A DNA stretch of 64,000 nucleotides from Alphaproteobacteria bacterium (GTDB lineage: Bacteria > Pseudomonadota > Alphaproteobacteria > MPNO01 > UBA830). The stretch is from the NCBI GenBank assembly GCA_964291215.2, contig OZ219791.1, positions 868,593 to 932,592 of the forward strand, given 5' to 3'. The notes beneath the pieces were generated by a model that was not told the DNA's origin, made no database searches, and saw nothing but the letters and a program-made list of their open reading frames with translations. Below are positions 1 to 10,700 of this stretch, piece by piece. Every line of letters begins with the position of its first letter. The stretch's first letter is position 1. The position numbers and the translations under genes were made by a program.

Positions 1-886
1 CTCGATCTCGGCCATGTTGAGCCAGCTTCCGTGCTTCGGCGTGTAGCGAAACTCGAACCGCTTTCGCACCCGCCTTCTCGGGCTCGAAGGCTTCATACAG
101 CGACTGTGCGTGTTCAGATTGTCCAGCACGATCTTTCTGTCGGGGAAATGGTCGTCGGCAAGCTCCCGGATGAAGTGCGCCCAGTCCCGCGGCGGTCGGT
201 GACTTTCACCGTGCGCCAGTTCTCGTTGGGCGCAAAGGCCATGAAGAGGTTGGCCGTGCCGTTGCGCTCATATTCATAGTCGACCACCTCCGGCTGACCG
301 GGGGATACGGGTTTCCTGCTGCCGGCTGGTCTCGCACACCAGCACCTCGTCCTTGGCAAAGTCCCGCTGATAAGTGTCAAGCACATCCTCCATCGCCGCT
401 ACGAACTGTGCGCTCCGGTGCGGTGGAATGCACCAGTTCAGCCACGGCTTGATCTCTTTTTTTAGCGTCTTCCTGACCGTCTCTTCCGAAATGCGCTCGA
501 CGATCTCCACCAGACGGCCGGCGAGCAGCTTCAGCGGGCACAGCCCTCGGGCGGGGATGAGCAGGCTAGGGCGACCAGCTTCGCTTCCATCGCCCCGTCC
601 AGCCGTTTCGGCCGACGGTTCACCTGCTCCTTGCGGCTGAGGGCGGCGTCCAGCCCCTCCAGAACGCAGCGCTTGCGCAAACGCTCGACCGTCGCCGTGC
701 CGATGCCCAGCCCTTGCGCAATGTCGGCATCGACAAGCCGAGCGCCCCCTCGTCAGCCAGCATCAGGATTTGTGCCCGGCGCCGACGCCAGGCAGCCCCG
801 GTGCCGTCGACAATCGCCTTCAGATCCCGGCGCTCCTGCGCCGAAAGGGTCACGCGGTAGAGCTTCCTGCCCCGAGAGTTGGCCAT
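1..886 (-). pseudogene. IS630-family transposase, frameshifted; 3' end runs off the left edge of the window
   Basis: The N-terminal HTH frame starts at ATG 886 (MANSRGRKLYRVTLSAQERRDLKAIVDG..RRAQILMLADEG). Later frames carry IS630-type motifs (ETVRKTLKKEIKPWL, VVDYEYERNGTANLFMAFAPNENWR). At least two frame changes are present. The element abuts a CTAG/TA site at 1067. Confidence 0.75.
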
Positions 887-1066
887 ATGCGCTGCTCCTG
901 TCATTGCGCCGAAGACCTGCGGGCATGCCCGTTGTCCGGACCTGCGCATGGGGCTGCCTGCCTGTTCGGCATCTGCCCGTGTGGATATCGGCACTGTCCG
1001 GATTCCAACGAACGCCGACACGGAAATACTACCCACCAAAACCATCAATACAATGCCGGTGGACTA

Positions 1067-2459
1067 CTAGTCATATAAGGTCATGGCGTGTTCGGTTGTC
1101 CGTTTTCCGGATTTCCTGAATTCGACGCGCCGAGTGACGCGGAAGATCTGCTTGACTAGTTGATCATCTTCGCCAGCGGGGTGAAGACCTCGATGGTGCG
1201 CTGGCGGCCATGCGCGGGCTTTTCGTTGTAGCGCTGGCGGTCTTCCAGTTGATGCTCTCTCAAAGGTTTCAGGCGCGTTGCCCTTGACCATCATCATCCA
1301 GTCCGCGCGATGGGTCTCGACGATCAGCCGCGCGGTCTCGCGGGTGGTATGGAGCGCGTCGAGGGTGAGCAGACGGCCGGCAACCGGTGCCGTCTCAAGC
1401 GCGGCGTGGACGGCAGCGATCTCCCCGTCGTGATAGTTGAGGATCGAATACCGGCCAGCGAGACCGTCTCGTAATGATCCTCGCCGGTGCGGCCGCGGAT
1501 GCGCTTGCCGTCGACCGCGTTGCCGACCTCCAGGCGCGGCTGCGCGCCGCATCCTCGATCCATCCCGGGTCGGTGTTCTGCAGCACCCGGTGCACGGTGG
1601 AGACCGGCTTGTCCCTGTTCTTCCATGCTGCTCCAGCTCCTTCTGCGTCGTAGTGCGCCGCCGCAACCGCACCGTGCCGGTTCGCAAGCCGCGCCATCAC
1701 GCACAGCACCGAGGCGATGCCCCTGCGCGCGCCGGAAAGCGCCGCTGATAAATCGAGCGGAACTCCTGCGCCGACCAGCGGCGCCCGCAACTCCCACGCC
1801 ACAGGAAGCGGCGAACGATCCCGCAGCCGACGTCACGACGCAGCGGAAACACGTAAAGATCCTTCGCCTCCCCGGTCGGTATAGCGCCCGCTGGCGCGCG
1901 CATAGCTCCTGCCAACGCACTCCCAGTTCGCCGCCTTGTACATGGTGCCGCTGAACTTCGTCGGCAAGACAAACGACTCCGCAACAAGCAACGGATGGCC
2001 GTACGCAGCCTCCCGGTCGCCGCCGCACCATCCGCGACAACGCAAACGAGGTTCGGAAACACCCGGCGACCACCAGGAACAACAAACCTCGTGTTGTTCC
2101 CGGCAACCGCCTGAACTGTTCCTCGCGGCGCCAGCCAATCCAACGGGTGCGCAGCTGAGGGCGCCCGTCTGCCAGCCCGCAGCGCCAATCCACCGCCCGC
2201 GCCAGGTGAACACGCAGACCTCGACCGGCAAACTGCTTGAAACCAAGATACGGTCAACCACACGGTTCCAGCGGCACTAGGCCGCGCAAGGCGCACAACC
2301 ACATTCCGGAGCGCAAAACCTTCCGGAGTCGTCTCAAAAAAATCCGCTGCCCCCACGACAACGGATACTACGCCGCTTCACAAAAAGCCAGCTAAAATGC
2401 GAATCATCCTGAACAAGCGAAACCGACCCTTCCAACAAACCTAGCGTGGGATCACCGTG
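1067..2459 (-). mobile_element. Decayed composite element, copy 1: DUF4338-like region followed by an ISAs1-type DDE transposase region
   Basis: Scattered frames contain DUF4338-like motifs (AGNNTRFVVPGG; LLVAESFVLPTKFSGTMYKAANWECVGRS; KDLYVFPLRRD). ISAs1-like motifs follow (DGKRIRG; LLTLDALHTTRETARLIVETHRADW..VKGNAPETFE; VKQIFRVTRRVEFRKSGK). There are many frameshifts. The same sequence recurs at 19869-21180 and 58564-59093. The terminal motif CACGGYGATCCCACGC (reverse complement) lies at 2444-2459. Confidence 0.6.
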
Positions 2460-2779
2460 GCAAAACCCAAGTGCTGCCTTGAAAAACAAACAGAATTTAG
2501 CGTAAGATCACCCTGCCCTCCACCTCCTGCAAGCGCAGCTCCTCACAGCGACCCTCCGCAGCCTCGGCTCGAATACGCTTGCGATCGTACAGGGACTTCC
2601 GGGTGGCCGAATCATGACACGACGACTGCGGCATGTCGCCAGCGGCGTCCGCACCCGATGATGACACGAAATCCTCGATGCACATGACCATGCACGACCT
2701 GATAGTACCGCCAAAAAAATTTACCAGTCTCCTTCTCCGAATCACCAAAATGAACCTCGGCGCAGATCGTCATCACCGC

Positions 2780-4343
2780 ACGAACGAACGCTTACGCACC
2801 CGTCAGGGATCCGTCGGTAACGACATGGAGCGATTGGGTCTTGCCGTCGACCCGGAAGCCGGTTTCGTCGACATGCAGCGCCGGGCGTTCCGGCAGCTCG
2901 GCGATGGCGGCCTGCTCCCATGAGTGCAGCGCGTCATACAGGCGCCTGACGTAGCCGAGACAGGTGCCTCGGAGAGCCTGAGCCCGGAGATCGCCTGCAC
3001 CAGCGCGACGGCCCGGCGCAGGGACAGCATTTTGGGCGACCAGCAGGTTGATGACGAAGGCCTGCAGACCGGTATCGTATTGCTGCGGCCCGGGCATGGT
3101 CTCGGGGAACCGCCCCCGGGTCCGGCAATCCGGACATTCCTTGACCTCGGCGTCGACGCGAGTCTCGACGACCTTGAAGACGATGTCGCAGAGGACGCGA
3201 CGCTCCCGGTCGACGGGGTCGACATCATTGAGGTCGGTGCCGCAGGCCTCACAGGCCTCGACGGTGACCGTCTCCTCGACGACGGTCTTCCGGAGGTTGG
3301 CGCCCGTCTGCAAGGTTCGCCCTTGCGCCCTTGCGCCGCTCGTCCTTGTCCGTCTGCGACGGCAGAAGGCCGGAGTTGGCGCCGGTCTTGCGGGTCGTCT
3401 TCTCCAGCAGGACGGTAATCAGGATGCTCGCCAAGGTGGACAGCACGCGGATCACGTCATCGACCTCTTTGGATATCTTGCCGGCCGCGCGCAACGCCGC
3501 GATTTGGGCCTTGGCCGCCTCGAACTTCTCGCGCAGCGACGCCGCGTTGACCGTCGCCATCACCCGGCCTCGACGGCCATGATCGCCTCGAGCACCGCCT
3601 GGCGCTCGCCCGGCGGCATCCTCCGGTACCCCGCCGCCCAGCGGGCGGCCTTGCGCTTGATGCGCTGACGGTCCGGGTGGTTCCGTCCGGCATGGCTGGC
3701 CGAGTGTATCCGCCCGGGCTCGAAGTTGAGCCACACCACCTCGGTGCGGACCCGGGCCTGGGTCGTCACCTGCACGGCGATGCGGCGCCAGTCCCGCAGC
3801 AGGTCGTCGTACAACGCCGAAGGGTGGCCCGAGACCATCGCCTGACACGGCAGACCCTTGAGCAGTTCAAGGAGTTCGACATGGTCGGCTTCGGTGTAGT
3901 CGTGGCGGTACCGCCGGCCCGACCGGCGGGTCGCCTGCAGGTACGGCGGGTCGCTGCAGACCAGTTCCGTGCCCCGGAACGCAAAGCCGGCCAGGAACGC
4001 GTGGGCGCAGCCGTGGATCAGTTCCACCGGATAGTCGCACCCGAACTCGTCCAGCGCTCGCCGGTCCCGGTCGATCCCGATAGAGCGCAACGCCGGCACT
4101 TTGCGCTTCATCAGCGCGCCGCCTCCGAGATGCGTTTCCACATACAGATCATGCGGGGGCTGGAGCCCCAGAAGCAACTGGCACAGCCCGCTCGTCGCCT
4201 TCGATCCAAAGTAGCCCATCGGTAGTCCTCGTCGCTCTCGATCACCAACACTAACCGAATCGGTCTCCAGTGTCAAATCTCCACGAAAACCCGTTCGTTG
4301 CTTTACCCCGACGCCAAGCCGGAACCAGGGGGTGAGCAGTTAC
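2780..4343 (-). mobile_element. IS66-like element, copy A: divergent, keeps the full methyltransferase gene; transposase frameshifted and 3'-truncated
   Basis: The terminal repeat GTAACTGCTCACCCCCTGGTTCCGG (reverse complement) ends at 4343. The methyltransferase ORF is followed, through a GTGATGG stop/start overlap, by an IS66-type transposase N-terminus. Transposase motifs include MATVNAASLREKFEAAK, CEACGTDL..KECPDCRTRGRFPE, LVAQ.MLSLRRAVALVQAISG and HVDETGFRVDGK. Homology to the other copies stops near 2780. Confidence 0.7.
3560..4219 (-). CDS. D12-class (Dam-like) N6-adenine DNA methyltransferase carried inside the IS66-like element
   Basis: The intact ORF begins MGYFGSKATSG (compare YxGGK). 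It has the AdoMet motif ETHLGGGA and the catalytic motif DPPY. A GAGGA lies 8 nt upstream of ATG 4219; an alternative TTG start lies at 4276. Its stop overlaps the transposase start. Confidence 0.8.
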   Translation of the reverse strand: MGYFGSKATSGLCQLLLGLQPPHDLYVETHLGGGALMKRKVPALRSIGIDRDRRALDEFGCDYPVELIHGCAHAFLAGFAFRGTELVCSDPPYLQATRRSGRRYRHDYTEADHVELLELLKGLPCQAMVSGHPSALYDDLLRDWRRIAVQVTTQARVRTEVVWLNFEPGRIHSASHAGRNHPDRQRIKRKAARWAAGYRRMPPGERQAVLEAIMAVEAG

Positions 4344-4678
4344 ACAAAAACTTAACAATATTGTCGTGCACCCCGGTCCGCACGACGACCCCATGCTAAT
4401 TCGGAGACGTGAAATCCGAATACGTTGGGGCTCATCACAGATCGCCTCCTTGATCGCAATTTTTGTGCCGAGAAGGCCCCATCGAGTCTTGGCGGCACGA
4501 TTGCAGCGCGACGCAAACTGAGAAAATCTCGCCAGTCGTCGCCGGATTAGCAGCGTGGGATCACCGTGCCCGGTCCGAGTTCCCCGTTGAATTGTGGCGC
4601 CGGATCGGCTAACGCTGGCATTGGCGTTTCGGTCGCGAATGTCGGGCCGGGGCAGCACCTTGCGAAGGATCTGTACCG

Positions 4679-5878
4679 ATGACGGCTGCGACGATGGCGG
4701 TCCGCCGCGAAGTCCGCGCCATCAGCCTGATCGGCTTCGCGCATTTCCTTAGCCATTTCTACATGCTGTCGCTGGTTCCGCTGTTTCTCCTTGTGCAGGC
4801 GGAATTCGAGGTCTCGTTCGTCGAGCTGGGCCTGATCATTACCCTCTACAACGTGGCGACCGCGGTGCTGCAGACGCCGATGGGGGTTCTCGTCGACCGG
4901 TTAGGCGCTAGGCGCATCCTGATCGCCGGCTTGTTCGTCAATGCGTTCGCCGTCGCCCTAGCGGGCTTTGCCTCGTCCTACATGGAACTCCTGCTGCTCT
5001 TCCTAGTGGCCGGCGCGGGCAACAGCGTGTTTCATCCTGCCGACTACGTTATCCTTACCGCGTCCGTCGACCAACGGCGTCAGGGCAAGGCCTATTCGAT
5101 CCATTCCTTTGGCGGTGCGCTGGGTTTTGCGGCCGCACCGTCGGTAATGATCACTCTCGCCAACTGGACGGACTGGCGCACGGCGCTGGTCATCGCCGGA
5201 CTCGCAGGAATCGTTCTTTCCTTCGTGTTCGTGTTCTCCGGTGACACGCTGAAAGAAGATGCGAAGACGAAGTCCCAGCCCGACCGGCAGGTAACCCTGC
5301 GCCAGACCATCACGGTTCCGGTGATGCTGTTCTTCCTGTTCTACGTGTGCATGGCGGCATCGTCGATAGGCTTGACGGGCTTTGCGGCGGTGTTCTTGCC
5401 CGAGATGTACGGCATATCGATCCAGACGGCGAGCCACATGCTTTCGATCATGCTGCTGGCAGGCGCCGTCGGCACGTTGTTCGGCGGGCCGCTGGCCGAC
5501 CGCACGCGGAACCACGATCTCGTGCTGACGATATGCTTCGGCGTAGGCGCGCTGTTGACCGTAGCGGTCGGAACCGCGGCCATACCTGTGTTTTTGGTGC
5601 TGGTGGCTTTTGCCGGCAACGGGTTCTTCCGGGGAATCGTCAATCCATCGCGGGACATCATGGTACGAGAGATATCGCCGCCCGCCGCGCTCGGCACGGT
5701 GTTCGCCTTCGTGACGACCGGCTTCAGCATTGGCCAGGGGCTGGCGCCCATCCTCTACGGGTTTCTACTAGACCACGGGATGGTTTCGGCCGTGCTTTAT
5801 GTCTCAGCAGCCTTCACGCTGCTCATGATCGGCCTGTCGGTCTCCTCGCGCGAGCGCCGCGCCCGCCGTTCGGCGTGA
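4679..5878 (+). CDS. MFS transporter (12-TM type)
   Basis: This is an uninterrupted 399-aa ORF. It is hydrophobic throughout and has the MFS loop motif GVLVDRLGARRIL between predicted TM2 and TM3. Confidence 0.85.
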   Translation: MTAATMAVRREVRAISLIGFAHFLSHFYMLSLVPLFLLVQAEFEVSFVELGLIITLYNVATAVLQTPMGVLVDRLGARRILIAGLFVNAFAVALAGFASSYMELLLLFLVAGAGNSVFHPADYVILTASVDQRRQGKAYSIHSFGGALGFAAAPSVMITLANWTDWRTALVIAGLAGIVLSFVFVFSGDTLKEDAKTKSQPDRQVTLRQTITVPVMLFFLFYVCMAASSIGLTGFAAVFLPEMYGISIQTASHMLSIMLLAGAVGTLFGGPLADRTRNHDLVLTICFGVGALLTVAVGTAAIPVFLVLVAFAGNGFFRGIVNPSRDIMVREISPPAALGTVFAFVTTGFSIGQGLAPILYGFLLDHGMVSAVLYVSAAFTLLMIGLSVSSRERRARRSA

Positions 5879-6045
5879 TTCGCGCGGCAGGGCGACGCAC
5901 AAAGGCTGGGCTCGGGACTGACTGGCATTCGGCGTCCCGGCTCCGAAGAGACCGGCCGATGGAACCTCCGGGCGCTGCGGCGCTCAGTGACTGCCGGCCT
6001 GAGGGATGCTGGCCGGGTGAAGGTCGTGTGGCGCGATTGGCCGGT

Positions 6046-6279
6046 TCACCGCGCCTTACGGATCCGAATCGTGAACACCCCGCCATTTTCCTCCAAGCCT
6101 AGGAGGACATGGCCGGTCTCGCGGCAGAACGCCTCGAAATCGCCCGGTGCCGCCGGGTCGTCGGCGCGGATCTCCATGAGTTCACCGCGGGGAATATCGC
6201 GCAGCCGCTTGCGGGCGCGTAGCACGGGCAACGGACACTTCAATCCGACGGCGTCGAGAATCGGGGCATCGTCAGGCAT
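6046..6279 (-). CDS. TusA/SirA-family sulfurtransferase-like protein
   Basis: The 77-aa product from ATG 6279 contains the conserved DAVGLKCPLPVLRARKRL cysteine motif of the TusA family. The longer upstream extension of the ORF lacks homology-like features. Confidence 0.75.
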   Translation of the reverse strand: MPDDAPILDAVGLKCPLPVLRARKRLRDIPRGELMEIRADDPAAPGDFEAFCRETGHVLLGLEENGGVFTIRIRKAR

Positions 6280-6510
6280 GGCGGGCGGAATCCGGTGTTT
6301 CGTGCAGTGATGGCCCGACCCCGGCGGGCTTTCCGGAGTGGTCGCGCCATGTGGCCCCGGCTTCACCGAGTCCTAGCTGGGGTTCTTGGGAGCTTTTAGA
6401 ACTTTGTGCCTGTCGCCTCCAAATGAAGGTGCTCATGAAAGACGTGGGGATGCTGGAGCAGACACGAGCGTAGTGATGAAACACCAGCCCGCGCGCTTCT
6501 TTAGGGCCCG

Positions 6511-6896
6511 TCACGAAACAATCGCGTCTGTGTCGGGTGTTGGCAAGAGTGAATAGTTCCACTCGCCCTGGAATTTTGCGCGCTTGATGTCGAGGGCCTT
6601 TATCTCGGCATCCTTGATTCCCTTCGGACAGGTGTTTTCGTCGACATCGCAATAGACCTTGAGGCCGGCTTCGGTGGTGGTTGTTCTGATCAGGCTGACG
6701 ATGGTGGCGAGGCTGCGCAGCGGCTTGCCGCGCCAGTTTTGGCTGATGAACGAGAACAGGCGATGCGGTTCCATTTGCTGGTGCCGGGCGGCAGGTGGCA
6801 GACCATGATCTCGAGGCTGAGCTCCCTAGCGAACTTCTGCAGTTCGACCTTCCACAGCCGCACCCGGGCCCCGTTCGACTTTTTAACATCCCACAC
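6511..6896 (-). pseudogene. ISAzo13-family transposase, C-terminal fragment, frameshifted
   Basis: Two overlapping frames give LWKVELQKFARELSLEIMVCHLPPGTSKWN and HRLFSFISQNWRGKPLRSLATIVSLIRTTTTEAGLKV..FQGEWNYSL. These are the same motifs as in the ISAzo13 remnant at 11244-12323. Confidence 0.7.
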
Positions 6897-7023
6897 TTAT
6901 ACAAGTCCCCCGTTCCATAGTGAAGTGCAACACATGATGGGCTGTGGCCATGTGTTTTTAGACGCATGATGTTGCGGAGCGGTAGCGGCGAGAGTTTCTG
7001 TGCAAGATGAAGGGGACTTGTTC

Positions 7024-7689
7024 ATGTCCAAAGGCTACCGTCACCTACGAAGAGCGATGCCAGATTGAGGCAGAAAAGCGGTCTTTCACAAGGTGCGATT
7101 GCTCGGCAGCTGGGCCGATCAACAATTTTCCGGGAGATCAAGCGCAACACCGGGGGACGGGGTTACCGTCACAAGCAGGCACAAAGGATGGCAGAAACGC
7201 GCCGCAGGGCAGCCTCGTCTGTTTCTTGGCGGTTGACGCCTCGGATTGAAGCTCAGAAAAAGCTGCGGGAGGGCCCCGAGCAGATCAGCGGCCGTTTTCG
7301 ACTGGAGGGCCGTGGGTCGGCAACGGATCCATGATCGCCGAAGATCGGAGAGCCGGGGGCGTCTTGTGGAAGAAGCTTCGGCGGCGCAGCAAGAAGCCGA
7401 ACTGGAAGGGCGGATGCCATTCTGGCCGGGTGGACATTTCCGAGCGCCCTGCGGAGGCAAAGGAACGGGTCGGCGACTGGGAGCCATCATCGGCAAAGCT
7501 CACAGTGGAGCTGTCGCTGGTTGATCGTGCCACGAAATACATCTTGCTGGGTGGACAGAAAGACACGGTCGGTATGATCCGCCTGCTCGGCTCTGGTGCG
7601 CTATTGGTCTGCACAATCACGTCAGACAACGGAGTTCGCAGACCACAGGCGTGTCGCTGAAGCACTTGACGCAGATTTCTTCTTCGCCT
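7024..7689 (+). pseudogene. IS30-family transposase, 5' portion, frameshifted; interrupted at 7690 by IS66-like copy B
   Basis: Motifs seen are YEERCQIEAEKRS, LSQGAIARQLGRSTIFREIKRNTGGRGYRHKQAQ and LREGPEQISGRFRLEG. The reading frame resumes at 10522. Confidence 0.7.
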
Positions 7690-8268
7690 GTATCTACTCA
7701 CCCCTAGTTGGGTTCTGATTGGTCGTAGTGCTCGTTGATGATGTCTGCGGCTTTTCCGTCGAGGGCGATCTGGGTTGCGACGAGTGGGTTGTAGCCGAGT
7801 GCGGCCATGGAGGTGAGGTAGCTTGAGCCCCGGCACCATGCTTTCGCGTGGAGCATGGTGCGGAAGCATCCGGACACCTTGAGCTTGAGCTTTGCCATCC
7901 TGATCTTCTGTTCTCCGGCATTGTTGGTGAAGCTGACGTCGGGGTTGTCTATGAAGCGCAGGTTTTCGTGTTTCACGAGACGTTCGTGCAGGTTGTGCGC
8001 GTCGGACTTGCGTCCACGTTTTCCTTTCGTCGGGATGTCGGGCAGTTCCCTGGCGCCCTGATGGTGCGGTAGCGCCTGCGCCCGGCGTCGTTCAGGGTTT
8101 TGGATGCGCTCTTGTTGACCTTGTGGCAGACCTCGCGGAGCAGGCTCTTCATCAGTCGCGCGGTAGCCTCGACGACAAAGGTCAGTTCGCGCAGCAGGTG
8201 GCTGCCGCACAACTGGTGGCTACACTGGCCCATGTACGAGGCCCAGGACGCCCTTGTAGCACGGGATG

Positions 8269-9505
8269 TTGTGTTTTGATGCGGTACTGTAACTTGATGT
8301 CTGGAAATTTGTCTGAGGTTTGCGCTTTGAGGCGTTTCACTGGGGGGGGGGGGCTAGCCCCCAGTGAAACGCGGCGCCATCGTGCTATCCCATGGAGCTG
8401 TAAACCTTCATGGAGGAAGTGAATGGACCTGCGACACACTACGACGATTGAGGCCGTTTTGGAACATCTGATCGCAAACGGAGCAACGGATCTGGGGCGG
8501 ATCTTTGGTCAGCTCTTCGAGCTTGCGATGCAAATCGAGCGCGAGCAGCACTTGAAAGCGGGCCACCGGACACCGGAACGACAGGGCTATGCCAACGGCT
8601 ACAAGCGGATCGACTCCCCCACTGTTACCGTTCAGGTACCAAAGACGGCCGGTCACGGGGACGACCCGTCCCCAGTCGCTTGAACGCGGCCAGCGATCTT
8701 CTCGCGCCGTAGCCGAGATGTACATCAAGGGTGTTTCCACGCGGCAGGATGTAATGCGCGAGTTCGGGAGCCTGTCCTCTTCTCAGGTCAGCCGGGCCAC
8801 TAGGTTGCTCGATGAAGAACTCGCCGCGCAACCGGCCCCTGATGAAATACCTGGATGCGCGCTACGAAAAAGCCCGCCATGACGGCGTTGTGCGCGATGT
8901 TGCAGTGCTCTCGGCCATCGGAATAGGGGCTGCAGGCACGTTCTGGCGCTCTCCGAGGCCGAGGTCCATTGGAGAGCCTTCCTGGAAAGCTTGCTAGCCC
9001 TGCATGGTACGACCTTCATCGTCTCGGATGACCATGCCGGGCTGAAAGCGGCACGACGCGCGGTGCTGGGCGCGGCGACGTGGCAGCGCTGCCAGTTCCA
9101 CTTGGCACAAAACGCCGTGCACCGAACAACGACATCAGGAAACGTATTGGAAAACAGCTCAGAGCCACGCCTCCTCACTCCAAACCGCCGAGGCTGAACT
9201 GGGCGCCCTCGTGGCCAGCGACAAGCATCCAGGCTTCCTGGCTGGAAAAGAATGCGGGGCTCGCTGTCTTCACCTTGCCCGATGCTCACCACAAGCGCAT
9301 GCGAACCTCGAACGGCATCGAGCGACCGATCCAGCAAGAGCTCAAGCGGCGCACCTTAAAAGTCAGGGTCTTTCCGAACCTCGCCTCGTTGGAGCGCCTT
9401 TCAACCGCGGTCCTCATCGACGAAAAATGGGAAACCGAAACCAAGATCAAATGGGAACAGCTCGATCAGCTTCACGACAATTTCCAGACATCAGGTTGCG
9501 TAATC
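8269..9505 (+). mobile_element. IS256-family (Mutator-like) insertion sequence with frameshifted transposase, nested in IS66-like copy B
   Basis: The host element sequence (compare copy E around 48280) is split here. Terminal inverted repeats are TGATGTCTGGAAATTTG (~8297) and CAATTTCCAGACATCA (~9480). Transposase frames give MDLRHTTTIEAVLEHLIANG..LFELAMQIEREQHLKA, EMYIKGVSTR, WQRCQFHLAQNAV and NGIERPIQQELKRRTLKVRVFPN. The exact ends are uncertain by about 15 bp. Confidence 0.75.
8342..8353. repeat. G12 homopolymer tract inside a palindrome in the IS256 left end
   Basis: The sequence GCGTTTCACTGGGGG+GGGGGGG-CTAG-CCCCCAGTGAAACGC spans 8332-8372. The left arm carries 12 G and the right arm only 5 C. 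Confidence 0.9.
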
Positions 9506-10521
9506 GATGATGCCGATTTCTTGCCTCCCGGCCGCGCTTGCGGTGCGGGAACTTGCACGTCAGGGTCCCACGACATGAAGCCACTTACTGTTGATCCGAA
9601 ATCGTCGACATCGGGCGTTGCAGGAGGTGCGCCACGGCGGCCTCCTCCCATGACGCATCGTGAAAGCATAGCCGAGGCCTCGGAGAGCTTGATGCCGGAG
9701 ATCGCCTGCACGAGCGCGACAGCACGGCGCAGGGACAGCATCTGGGCGACCAGCAGGTTGATGACGAGGGCTTGGATGCCGATGCCGTACTGCACGGGAT
9801 GTTGTCGGGGAACCGGCCCTTGGTCCGGGCCTTGCACTTCGGGCATTCCTTGATCTCGGCGCGGCGCTCGACGACCTCGAACACGATGTCATAGAGGACG
9901 CGGCGCTCCCGATCGACGGGGTCGACGCCGTCGGCGCCGCAGGCCGCGACCGTCTCCTCGACGATGATCTTGCGCAGGTTGTTTGTGTGGTTGGTGGTTG
10001 TCGCCCATCTGCTGGTTCGGCTTCGGGCCCTTGCCGTTGCTCCCGGCACGCTCTTGTCCGTCTGTGACGGCGGCAGACCGGAGTTCCGGCTCGTGCGTGG
10101 TCTTCTCCAGAAGGACGACGATGAGGATGTCGAGCAGGATGACGAAGACGCGGGTCACGGCCTCTTTCGGCACCTTGCCGGCCGCACGCAGCGCCGCGGT
10201 CTTGGCCGCTTCGAACTCCTCGCGCGCCGCGTTGACCGTCGCCATCACCCGGCCTCGACGGTCATGATCGTCGCGAGCATCGCCTGGCGCTCGCTCGGCG
10301 GCATCTTTCGGTACTCCGCCGCCCGGCCTTGCGCTTCATCAGCGCGCCGCCTCCGATGGCACAGCCCGCTCGTCGCCTTCGATCCAAAGTAGCTCACTGG
10401 CGGTCCCCGTCGTTCTCGATAACCACCACTAAACGAATCGGCCTGCAGTGTCAAATCTCCACGAAAACCCGTTCGTTACTCTACCCCGACATCAAGCCGG
10501 AACCAGGGGGTGAGCAGTTAC

Positions 10522-10700
10522 CTTCGCCTTTCCATTCTTGGGAGCGCGGCTTGAATGAGCACACCAACGGCCTGGTGCGGGAGTACTTCCCGAAGGGCAC
10601 GGACTTTCGCGCGATATGCAACGAAGATGTTCACAAGGTGCAGGATCGGCTCAACACTCGGAAAGTCCCGGGATCGCCGACGGAGGTAATCTTGAAGTGA
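10522..10700 (+). pseudogene. IS30-family transposase, 3' portion; continuation of 7024-7689
   Basis: The frame gives HSWERGLNEHTNGLVREYFPKGTDFRAI..VQDRLNTR, which is the typical IS30 C-terminus. It directly follows the target duplication of copy B. Confidence 0.7.

Larger units (their letters stand above)
7690..10521 (-). mobile_element. IS66-like element, copy B: internal methyltransferase deletion, transposase frameshifted, itself interrupted by an IS256-family element
   Basis: Its ends are GTATCTACTCACCCC (7690) and GGGGTGAGCAGTTAC (10521). A perfect 8-bp direct repeat CTTCGCCT flanks it (7682-7689 and 10522-10529). The methyltransferase remnant is MTLQADSFSGG..GYFGSKATSGLC fused to ..MPPSERQAMLATIMTVEAG. 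Confidence 0.85.

Noticed and set aside
2460-2779. An 83-aa minus-strand ORF (2497-2748) between two mobile-element remnants
   Set aside because: I found no recognisable motif, no ribosome-binding site and no conservation signal. It is probably a remnant fragment. It is left unannotated rather than guessed as a toxin or antitoxin.
4553-4568. A solo copy of the GCGTGGGATCACCGTG terminal motif upstream of the MFS gene, considered as a regulatory palindrome
   Set aside because: The same 16-mer is the end of the DUF4338/ISAs1-like elements (2444-2459, 19869, 58564, 24562). It is most simply a leftover IS terminus rather than an operator.
8261-9510. A target-site duplication for the nested IS256-family element
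   Set aside because: Only GATG is shared on both sides. IS256-family elements normally duplicate 8-9 bp, so the exact ends and any duplication could not be established from the sequence.
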